From: Lenisia limosa
Lineage: Eukaryota; Protista; Breviatea
DNA length: 47,675 nt
Reading direction: 5' to 3'
Assembly: GCA_001655205.1 (NCBI GenBank)
Contig: LPNZ01009329.1
Span: 1 to 47,675 of the forward strand
The notes under the pieces are model-generated. The model was not told where the DNA came from. It made no database searches and saw only the letters and a list, made by a program, of their open reading frames with translations. Within the stretch, counting starts at the first letter, position 1, and the number at the start of each line of letters is the position of its first letter. The position numbers were made by a program, and so were the translations under genes. Shown piece by piece: positions 37,498-47,675 of the stretch.

Positions 37498-40046
37498 ATG
37501 AATACAGGAGGAGAGCAAGGGAGAGCACTGCTGTTCATCCCCTTCTTTTTAATAGTATTAATGACTAGCGGCAGCTTTGGATATGTGATGCAGAACCCAA
37601 GCGGGGCAACCTCCTTCAGCAACATCGTAAGTGCTAGGGTTAGAAATATATACAAGTTTTTTTTCGCAAGTGTCAAACTTTTTATTGATCTTTCTAATGC
37701 CTGGCTAGGATATCCCTCTCTTGACGGAAGTGGAGCAGAGATTGACTGATTTGGAGGCCACTGTACAGGAAATACAGGACAGTTGGGGGGGGGGGGNNNN
37801 NNNNNNNNNNNNNNNNNNNNNNNNNNNNNNNNNNNNNNNNNNNNNNNNNNNNNNNNNNNNNNNNNNNNTTAGCGAGTCATCGCCGAAATTTGACTCGACC
37901 AGAAATCTGATATTTTAGACACGCTGATCTCTTGTCAGACTATCCATGCCAGTAACCCTCTTTTACCGTCTGGTAACTACACGTGAGTTCCAGAGTGTCG
38001 ACGAATTTTTCGTGGTTGCATAGTCTGTATTTCAAAAACTAACTTTTTTTTTTTAATTGTTCATAAAAACGCCACTTATCAGCCATCTCGTCTAGTATAT
38101 TTAAAAAAGTGATAAAAGTGGCGTTTTTAATAAAAAGATTTTAAGAATATGCCGTTTTTCCAAATGCAGACCTTTTTAAAACAATGCCACTCCGTATAAA
38201 TCATATATCGTATCATCATAAATTGTTTCCAAAGTCTTTCTTACACACTTCAGTCTTACCTCAGGCCATGAAGTGTTTTGTGAAATGACTATGGAGGGTG
38301 GAGGCTGGACCCTGAGTAAGAGGGTGCGGAAATTGAGGAATAACAACGTATTATGATATGTTCGATTTGAAAAACTCAAATTACGTGATATTCAAGGACT
38401 TGATGAGTTTTGAACCTTATATCTGACCTATCTTATCACTCCTTTGCAATGACTTTTTTTTTTTTTATGTTATTAGTGTTTGCCTTGGGAAGCGGTACAA
38501 CTATGACTACAGGATTGTGGGGGGGGGGGGGTNNNNNNNNNNNNNNNNNNNNNNNNNNNNNNNNNNNNNNNNNNNNNNNNNNNNNNNNNNNNNNNNNNNN
38601 NNNNNNNNNNNNNNNATATGTGATCATATGTTGTATATGATCCACATTAAATTAAAATTTTGGGCTTCCTTAATGTCTCAAAAAAGACTGAATTATCGAT
38701 AAATCCTCGATAAATATCGATTTTTCCATGGTCTTTTTCGGACCGGAAGCCCAAGATACAAAAAAGTAAAAATGGATACCATAAAGACTTATTATTCTGT
38801 GGTACCCGCGCTCTATTACGCCTCTCTTCAAGCAATAAGAAATGATCAATATTTGCCTCAACAGTTGATTCCCATTGCCTCTCTCTGATCGTTCCAGCCA
38901 TATGCCAAACTATCCCTCTGGCCACAATGCTGCTGAATTGCTCAATGTCGGACCGACTGCCACCGTCCCTGAAACTCTGCAAAGTGGGGTATTTTGAAAA
39001 TCGCAGCTTGTTTTTAAATAGGTTAAAATTGACTCGCTCATCATTGGATTTTCTCACGTTGTAGGCGTGCAGTCTGAAGCATTATTCCAACAAGGCTACT
39101 TCAGAGAGTACCTTGTTTTCATTGGCCAAGGAGTGTTTTGGCTGACATTTGCGTGAGTGGAACTTGTCTTCTTTATCACTCTGGTTGTCGTGTCACAAAA
39201 ATCTGAATTTTCAGGGAGAACTCTTTAATAAACTCTACAATATTCTATGTTGCTCTGCTAAAACTGTTCAGAGAGCCAACTTGTGACCCATACAAGTTTG
39301 TTTATAACAGTGTCTATGCTGGAACTTGTAAACCAATTGTCAAACTGCATCTTGAGGTCGAAGCTTCTGAAAAGGTTTGGTAAAACTCAATACGCCCATT
39401 ACAACTCATGATGATACTATTATAGTATGTGTGAGTATGATATCTTTTATGTTTTTTACGCTCTCAGAGGAGAGCACACATTTGGACCGACACTGATAAC
39501 GAGTTTAACGGGGGAAGACCGGTAGACTGCTTCACAAGTGGCAACTGTGCCTATATTCCTGGTATGGCGACATTGCTGCAAGAGGGTGGTGAAAAAATGG
39601 TTTCAGCCATTTGAAGCATGCTATTCTTTTTGGTAAAAATTTTAGAGCCATTTACATATTTACATCTTTGAGCCTTTTCCAAATATTTAAGGCCTTTCTG
39701 ACAGCATATTAACTATGCTCCCAATATTTATTTATTGAGCTTTTTCCCAGCATCTTCTGACTGTTTCTAGACGATGTTACCAGTGGATTCCAATGGGCGC
39801 ATTCTACCCTTGAAAGTGAAGGTTCAAGCGGCGCTGGATGTATGTGGGAACAGTAATAAATCGGGAGGCAGAACGAAGAATGCTAATATTTTTTATTTTC
39901 TGTGGATCGAATAAATATTATTTTGAAGCAGTCGTTAAAATTTGAAAGTTCGTACCATAATGATTTAATTCCCATCTGATTAAACCTTGCCTTACTTTCT
40001 AGTTGACGGAGTGAATCCGCATCACTCGCTCATTTATATGCGTTAG
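37498..40046 (+). CDS. Secreted or signal-anchored protein with short coiled coil and fibrinogen C-terminal-like (FReD/intelectin-type) domain
   Basis: Hydrophobic ALLFIPFFLIVLMT; coiled coil LTEVEQRLTDLEATVQEIQ; TLISCQTIHASNPLLPSGNYT|LTSGHEVFCEMTMEGGGWTL (FReD hallmark SC..SG.Y..V.C.M...GGGWT); ends FDGVNPHHSLIYMR-TAG at 40046. Confidence 0.8.
38660..38754. mobile_element. ~100-bp MITE-like element (intronic)
   Basis: Terminal ttgggcttcc...ggaagcccaa; core aaaaaagactgaattatcgataaatcctcgataaat. Confidence 0.75.
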
Positions 40047-40179
40047 GTTGCCATTCAGTTTACAAAAATGTCTTCTTAGAACGAACAATCTTTATCTGTT
40101 CTGGCCTTCCACATCTAATATCGAAGCCTACGTGAACTTTCATATCATTTTACATTCCATGAAAGAGAAATAAATACCT

Positions 40180-41281
40180 CTACTGGTTGACGATATCGTG
40201 GAGCATGGGCTGGAGAACCTGTGCTAATGCCTCAGCCTAAATGACGTGACTCGTAACAATCAAAAATTGAAAAGGGTATCATATTACAAAGACACTCCAT
40301 CAATTATCATTATGTATTATACACATGTTGAAATGTAGAGGGGAGGGGGGGGGGGACTTAGCCCCNNNNNNNNNNNNNNNNNNNNNNNNNNNNNNNNNNN
40401 NNNNNNNNNNNNNNNATGATGAGGCAGTGAGAATCATGAGGAAGGTTTCAATCGGAGAAACCAGGATTTGGATATCCTAATTATGTGACGCAATTAATCA
40501 TCAAAAAAAAATAAGGGGGGGTCAGTTAGAATCTAAAAAAGGGATTCATGCAAGCTTTAGGGCTTTTTATATCATGTGAAAATTATTTATGATAACAAAG
40601 AACCCGGCTCAAAAACTGTGCGTTGAGACCCTGAAATTCACAGAATAAAGGGATAAAATGGAAAAATTATGAGAGAGAAAAAGAAGCTCAAAATCAAATC
40701 CGTTAGCTAGAAATACATGAGCACTGCATCCTATCACTCCAGGCAAATATTTAGAAAAAGAATAAAGTGAAGGGTTTAATATACTCCACAACAACAAAAG
40801 AAGACTCATTTTCACTACATTCTTCCCTCACATCGTTTTAGAGTAGATAGATTTGAAAGAATCTTTCAAGCCAGCAAACTGTATTATTGATGAACATGCT
40901 CATGAGGTTAAGAGGCCCATCTTTTACCATAGAGGCAAAGCTTGAGGCTGATAATGCTGCAATAGCCTACAGGTGGTAAGGCACTCAGAAATACACGCCA
41001 TAATTACAAACGAAGGGTTAAGAAGAGTGGGCATCTTCCCAATTCGCAAATAATCCTTACATTTTCATTATGACATTCTCCCGCAGAGCCGATTATTGAA
41101 CCTTGCTCTGTAACCACCCTGGAACAATCACATAATGTCAGAGACTCACATTATCACAATTAAAAAAGAGATTCACAGCCCTCACTCACATGATCGTCCT
41201 ACAGCCATCTCCAACTGCCTTGGCTAGAACGCCTGAAAGCTTCCCTGGTGTAAAAAGAACCTGATCTTGGCTATCTTCCAT
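40180..41281 (-). CDS. LAMTOR2: Roadblock/LC7 domain protein, Ragulator subunit LAMTOR2-like
   Basis: MEDSQDQVLFTPGKLSGVLAKAVGDGCRTIM|VVTEQGSIIGSAGECHNEN|AIAALSASSFASM...|AEALAQVLQPMLHDIVNQ-TAG parallels LAMTOR2 ([33 protein letters not shown]...AAIASNIWA...AQALVQYLEEPL). Middle exons not resolved. Confidence 0.7.
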
Positions 41282-41605
41282 TATAAATAGGCGTCAGGGA
41301 GTGAGGGAACAGAGTTATCAAGAGGAAGGGGGAGATGGAACTGAAAACTGATAGTCGCGAGCGTTGCTGAAAAAAAACAACACAAATTGACAAAATATGA
41401 CAAATTGTGCTTGAGAGAGGGCAGGGAGGAGAGAAGGGAGAGAAGGAGATGATTCGAAGGAGAGGAGACATTTAAAAGGAGTCTAAAATCGTAAAACACC
41501 CTGATGACGGAAATGTCCTTTAAACCTTTTATTTTCTGATTTGATGGTTGGAAAACAGTTAATCTGATTTAGTAAGATAAATTATACCAAAAAGTAGTCT
41601 TTAAA

Positions 41606-44600
41606 ATGTCTACAGCAGTCGCACAGAAAGTGCGAACGGTAAGCAAGCCCCCTTTCTCCATTCTCATCCTTTAATTAATTATACAATAATATATTATCGA
41701 ATATAAAGGGCTGCGCTGATAATGGCTTGTTCGTTTGTCTGATCTTGACAGGTTCAGCAGCTTCCCACCAAAATGGAGTCTCTGGCATTCCTGAGAAATC
41801 TCGTTACAATTTCGTTAAGTGAACTTGCCTATATTAGAGGCATATTTCCTGAAGATTCTTTTAGACCGAAGAAGTGCTCAGGTAGGAGGAAGGGGGTGTT
41901 TTGGTGAATTGAACAGCGATATCAATCAATCTGTCAATTTGACAAACATAGGTCTGGAAATTCAAGAAATTTTGAGGGACGTGAATGATGAGACCAGGAA
42001 CTTTGTGCAATGGATTGAAGGGATCCATGATGCTCTCAACAAACATTATGTAAGAACCTATCATTATTATTCACTGGTTAGCTTCGACAAGTGGTATTTA
42101 TTATCCAAAGCGACCCCGAGGATATTCGTTCCGTCCTTGAAACATGGTCATGTAGGAAGGGTTTTTGTAAAACAAGGGACTCTTCTCACAATTTTAGTTT
42201 CATTTGCCTATTCAAACGGCGAAACTGAAGTTACTTTCTCACAACCAAATGGACAACAGTGTAAATTCAAGTACGCCTTGAGCTTTAGTTTGATATATCA
42301 ACTCACTTGTGTGGTTCAACTTCACTTCTGACGTGATAGACCGCAAAGCAAACAAGACCTTGCCGACTCCACTCAGCAAATGATGGACACTCTTATGATG
42401 ATGCAAAAGGAACTTGCTGACTTGCCAGGTGGGATGATATATATATGTTGTAATTACTAGTAATCTGTTGATTACGTTGAAGTTAATTATTGTAGAGGAA
42501 CGCTTTTTGTCTATTCAGCTTTACTACTATGATGACATTACGCCTGAGGACTATGAACCTCCAAACTTCCAATCTTCAAGTGGAACTGTACTTCCTGGAT
42601 TTGATGAAAGAGTGGGAATTGTAATCGTTTTCTTTTAAGTTAACTTTTGGTTTATTTGGAGATGTTCATACCATTACATTGTAGCCAATTGAAGCCAATG
42701 TCGCAAGAATCGATACCAAGGACCACCATTTGAGCCTCAAAGTCTGCAGTCACCCCAGTCTAGTCTCAAATGTTGGTTCTGATACAAAATGAAAACAGTT
42801 GATAATACATGTGTGTTACTTAAAGTTGAATCACCACCCCTGGCTATGGCGTCAGCTTTAATGTTGCCATTATAATTCAGTCCTTGTTTGAAGCTGCGAA
42901 CTTCTCGAGCAACCAACAACTAAAGACAAAAGGAAAAAAGTTGGTTATTGTGTGTTTGATGATCTCTTCAGGGGCAAGAGACCTCAAACTAAAGAAAAGA
43001 ACACATTTCAAATGGTAACAGATGAGAGAGTAAGTAAAGAAGAGACCATGTCATTATTTTCAGAAAAAAGGAGATATCTTCACTGCCTCTGAATTTGACA
43101 TTCCTTTTGACTTCTCTGATGCCGTTTGCGGGTTTCATTTTGAGAACAGAATTATTGGAGTAATACAGTCATCTTGTATTTGTTGCTTATGATATTTAGT
43201 CCAAGACCTTCAAGATCCCTAAACGTCGACCAGTTATCCAAAAAGCTGTGGTCAAAACCAAACCTGATGTTCGTTGTTGTTGTCTATAATATGATAACTT
43301 ATATGCTTAGACCCCAATTTCTCGAAAATCTGACACTGTCAAACAAAGCTCCCCTCCTCAGGCAACAACCTACCCAATGATTCCTTCAACTCCTGACTTG
43401 GACTTGGAAAACAGGTAATATATGGATTAGAATTCGAATAATTCCTACCCATTTTGATATCTAACTTGTATAGAGCCAAAGCAATTGAGTCATTTGCGCC
43501 ATCACCCAAAACCAACGTTACAAATCGCTTGACATGTTCCCCTTCCCCTGGGCCTCCTGCTCCTGGTAGGTAAAAATCGTCTTGCCAATAAGAAGTCCTT
43601 TGTAGTAAAATAGACAAATGTAATCACATCCATAATATGCTCTTATTTAACTTTGCTGTGAAAGTGTTTATATTTGACAATACAGTTGTGGAAGTGGTGG
43701 ATCTTTCTGAAAGTGATGAATCTGACTTTGAAACGAAAGACCCTGCTGATAAACACCAAGCGAGTGTTCAAGGTAAATATTGTGAAAATTTCATAATCTA
43801 TTGTATAAGATCCAATACTTACATGATTACCAGAGTAATGCTCAAATGTAATGTGTTGATTGCGAATAAACATCATCATTTAGAATACACACAACAAGTG
43901 ACACAAAAGAAGTTAGTCTCACCCGAAACTCCCAAACAAGCCCCAGTTAAGAGAAAAAGAGGTCGACCAGCGCTTGGAAAGGAGAACTCAGCAAACACTC
44001 CCAAAGACTCTTTTGCCAAGAAGAAAAGAGGAAGACCCGTGAAACAAAAGTCAAATCAAGAAAGCAAGAAAGTGGAACCTCAGAAATCACCAGAGAAAAC
44101 AGCTGTTTCTCTCTCCACATCAAAAATGAAACCACCATCAGTCATCAACATTGCGTCAAGAATCAAGAAGTCACCTGTGAAGTCCATCAAAATGGACACC
44201 AAAATTGAGCAAATTACCAGTCTAAAACCAGCCTCCCTCGTCATTCCTTCATGTACCAAAATGCCAGCTCTTATTGCCTGGCTTGAAAGCCATCACATCC
44301 ACGCTAACCGAATCATGAAGTCAAAATGTAAGCGTAATTGATTAACTTAAGGCATTGTACCCATTTACGATTGACCATTTGACCCATTCAGTGAAAAACC
44401 AAGGAAGTGACTCGTTCTTGGAAACTCTTGTAAAACACCCCCTCAATATTGAGATTCCACATGCACTCTCAAAATTGAAGGCCATGGGTGCCATCAGTGT
44501 TATCACACAAGCGTTGAGAAATGCTGCTGAAAAGAAAGGTTGGTTTTGTGAGTTTCACCCATCTTTACATTTCAGGTGATATCGGGGCAGTCCAAATAGA

Positions 44601-45330
44601 GCATGAAATGAGCTCTTTTCTCAATTCAAACAGTATGCTTTGATTATTAAAACGTTTAATACTTTGAAATGTAACTCCATTTAGACTCCCCAAACTTCGA
44701 CCGCTACATCCAGGGCGTATCAGTGATGATGGGCAGACGTCTACTCATTGCCTGCGAGGAGGGCTCATCGTAGGGACATGCATAAATGGCATAATACCTC
44801 TTCTTTATGATGATATGATGCTGATGATTCAGGTTTCAGCCCCGCAGCTATGGTGTGACGAACCCTTCAACCCCTGCTGTAAGTTAGTATATTATATGAA
44901 GAACAAAGTTGACATTATTAACTCTTCGAAGGTGATTGCAATGGTGTCAAAATCGTGTGTTTCTGCAGGCCTACTCTTCAACCCCCCTCCTCCGTAAGCA
45001 AATACCCAGAGATCTGAAATAGCCATCCGCAATTCCCACTTTGATTCATCAAAACAGTCCGGTTAGTGCTCAAAACGTGGACCAAATCCTTTCAGTCGCA
45101 ATTGCACAACTCCAAGAAGCTATCATTCAGTCCGGTGGAAAGGTAAAGAATAAAAGCACAAGCCACTCTTACTCCCCCAGTCAACTCGCAATGCAAAACC
45201 CAACCCTCTTCGAACCCTCGCTGATAAGGTGGTCACAATACCTCATCCTGTATTGCAATATATTTTCACTATACCTACTCTAATTCCCCTTCAGCTGGTG
45301 GTACACAGCCTCGAAGTCCTCAGAACTTAG
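41606..45330 (+). CDS. HOP1: Meiotic chromosome-axis HORMA-domain protein (HOP1/HORMAD/ASY1 family) with long C-terminal extension
   Basis: ESLAFLRNLVTIS...RGIFPEDSF; FVQWIEGIHDALNKHY; FSFAYSNG; LADLP|EERFLSIQLYYYDDITPEDYEPPNF; RIDTKDHHLSLKV are Hop1-type HORMA motifs (not Mad2). C-terminal exons include VVEVVDLSESDESD and two KRGRP motifs. The 3' end (45330) is tentative. Confidence 0.85.
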
Positions 45331-45477
45331 GCACCATATCAGGTCACAAGCAGACTATCTCACCCCCATGATGTTACTCGGAAATATGTTTGTAAATGTA
45401 CATTAATCCAATTATTGTACAGTAATGCCATAAAATACATCAGTATTATGAAACCATAAATATTCCTGTAAGAAACC

Positions 45478-47675
45478 TCACGTGAACATACTGAGGAAAG
45501 CAGCAAGCACAAGGGTCATTGAGAAAGCTCCCAGAATGTAGCCATATGTAACAACCCCTGCAACCTGACAAGCGTCAAGAGAGGGAAGTGGTAAAAAGAA
45601 ATCTGGTGGAAATGACTCAAGGTTGTTCCTTGTTGCTCATAATCCTTGATCCTAGATTTGTGTCTGACATACCTCCTCTTCAACAACCCCGTGAAGTGTT
45701 GAAAGTACCACGATGCTGATGGCTTAAGGGTGATAGGGAGTGGGTGGGGTGAAGAAAACTGACTTCTAATTGCGACTCCGTGCAATTAATTATTTGAGGA
45801 AATTAATTGCACGGAGCCCTACTTCTAATTAAAGAACACAATTACGATTGGACATTGAAAAATCATTTCAGTTGAAAACAAAACAACCGTCTCACCGGGT
45901 GGAGTCGCAGCTTCCATGCAGATGATGAGGGCGGACAGGAGGGCTAAGTTGCCAAAAAGGCTGTCAAGAAGTCCGTTGGACATCATGACTTGCAAGATGG
46001 AGAGCCAAATGATAGGCTTGATCACGAGTCTGGAAGGTGAACAAGGCTGGCTATCAAGAACAAGTTCAAACAAAGCATACCGAAAGAACAGTATCAGGAA
46101 TATTGCCTTCTTTCCATTACGTGCTATTCCTTGAAGTTGAAAGGAAATCTTTGACCTAGAGTATTAAGATACTATTACCCTAGAATTCCACACTCATATG
46201 CTCAGCTTACCCTAAAATAAGAATAATACCAGGGATGGCCATGTTTCCTATCTTCTCTGCAGCCTAGAATATTGAGAACACAGCCTCATGATTATCACAA
46301 GAACTTAAACACCTCCTTGGCTCAATATGTCCCTTCAGCACACCTTTCCTATAAACGTGAGTGAGAGAGCTTCATTCTCAAGTTTATCCGGGTAGAACCA
46401 CTCTGCAACGGGCGTGAAGGAGATGACGAAGGATGCGAACAAGGTGAGGATGGGAGGGTTCAGCAATGCCTTTTTCAAGACGGACGGCTTCTGAAAAGTG
46501 ACACCATTAACTACATATATATATGATATAATTGTGCCTCCCCAGCATAATACATAAAAAGGTGATTATGGGACCCAAAAAAAAATGCTTCACCCACCAC
46601 TTGTTCTGGGCTACTCTCTTGAGTAGAGAGCAGTGTCATAGTTTCTTGGTTCCTGCAGCTGTCATGATCGCCAAAAAACAGTCCCATGAATGTTAATGTA
46701 TTACCATCTAAGCCGCTCACTCCACAGGGCTCATTAGCACGTATCCAATAGACCATCTGCTGAAGTTGCCTATAAGAGTGAAGCCCAGAGCCATGGTTAG
46801 AGCAGCGGCGACGGAAGCCTCCGAAGATGATGTTTCGCCAGAACCAGCCTTTACCTGTTCGTCAGAAACTGGAAACACTCAAAAATAAACCAAAGATTCA
46901 AGTGAGTGATAATGTGGATAAAAAGGGATATAGTTTTGGTTTTTTGCATTCAGAATAACATACCTGGAGTGCTGGAATAGCAGGAATCAGAACACTTAGA
47001 AGAGACACCGGAAGAGCAGTGACATTACCCATACCTAATCGTGTAAGCTAGTGCACAAACTAACGCTCCAACAACAAGCAATTACACTTGTGAATATTGA
47101 AAGTTATGACTAAATAGTATTTCAATACCGAGCCATCCCAAATCTCCCACCAGATGCTGCGATAATAAGTCTCCGAATTTGCTGTTCACTTTTCGGTACG
47201 AATAGGGACACAACATAACTAGAAGGTTGGTGAATCAAAAAAGGCGTCACTCACGAAAAGAAAAGGCTGGACAGGGTTGCTGTTGTTTATGAATTTTTGA
47301 TATAATAAAATAGCATTTGTTACCCAACATACCCGCCGAATAAAGAAGAAAGCAACATGATGAAAGCGATCACCACGTGGACCAAAAAGATTTCTACATC
47401 TTTCCTAAATTCGGTCAGACCTTAAAGCCTGAAGCGTTGAATAATATGAAATGGGCAAACTGTGTTTGAGATAGGGGAACTTCAAAAAATAAATATCATG
47501 TTGCATCTGAACGAATACAGATAATTTGATAGGATTTGCTCAACAAAAATGACAAAAGGAATATCCAATATGGTAAAGGCGACTCCAAAGTGCGCATAAA
47601 CTATATAAGTTGGGTGAAATCAATATCTCTGATAAACGTGATAATGAACGTTTTTTTTATTTCTCATTGCTATAT
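45478..47675 (-). CDS. Auxin-efflux-carrier family membrane transporter (PILS/ECM3-like, Mem_trans), 5'-partial
   Basis: IRRLIIAAS|GMGNVTALPVSLL; FSRWSIGYVLMSP; ALLNPPILTLFASFVISFTP; IGNMAIPGIILILG; RLVIKPIIWLSIL...MEAATPP; VLSTLHGVVEEE|VAGVVTYGYILGAFSMTLVLAAFLSMFT-TGA match the conserved PILS helices. Confidence 0.85.
45762..45830. mobile_element. 49-bp hairpin mini-element flanked by a 10-bp direct repeat (intronic)
   Basis: acttctaatt (45762-45771), perfect 16-bp arms ctccgtgcaattaatt (45776-45791) / aattaattgcacggag (45801-45816), acttctaatt (45821-45830). Confidence 0.7.

Noticed and set aside
37494-37500. Back-to-back start codons CAT-T-ATG
   Set aside because: The minus-strand ATG frame hits a stop after the most plausible splice, so it is not supported as the WD40 gene start.
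2726-40395. ORFs containing long X runs
   Set aside because: They are produced by translating through N-gaps and carry no evidence of coding.

Overview
Draft-assembly window from a compact, very intron-rich eukaryotic genome (AT-rich GT-AG introns, many N-gaps next to G/C homopolymers). The gene content looks protist-like, possibly amoebozoan, but the taxon is inference only. The six-frame ORF track is mostly misleading because genes are split into 40-200 nt exons, so I spliced them by eye and exon limits are approximate. In order: an unknown 5'-partial multi-exon gene (+); tRNA-Val(AAC) (-); a decayed RNase H-bearing LINE cluster upstream of the tRNA with a 5' inversion and an 11-bp TSD; an N-acylated DUF4062-like/NACHT-type NTPase (-); a probable ~11.8 kb single-pass receptor gene (-) with a beta-helix/PMP-repeat ectodomain, a TM segment, a duplicated unknown cytoplasmic domain and a low-complexity tail; a BTB-BACK protein (+); a WD40 protein (-); a fibrinogen-C-like protein (+); a LAMTOR2-like roadblock protein (-); a HOP1/HORMAD-type HORMA protein with AT-hook-like motifs (+); and a PILS/auxin-efflux-family transporter (-, 5'-partial). 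A ~100-bp MITE-like family occurs 6-7 times, apparently always in introns.
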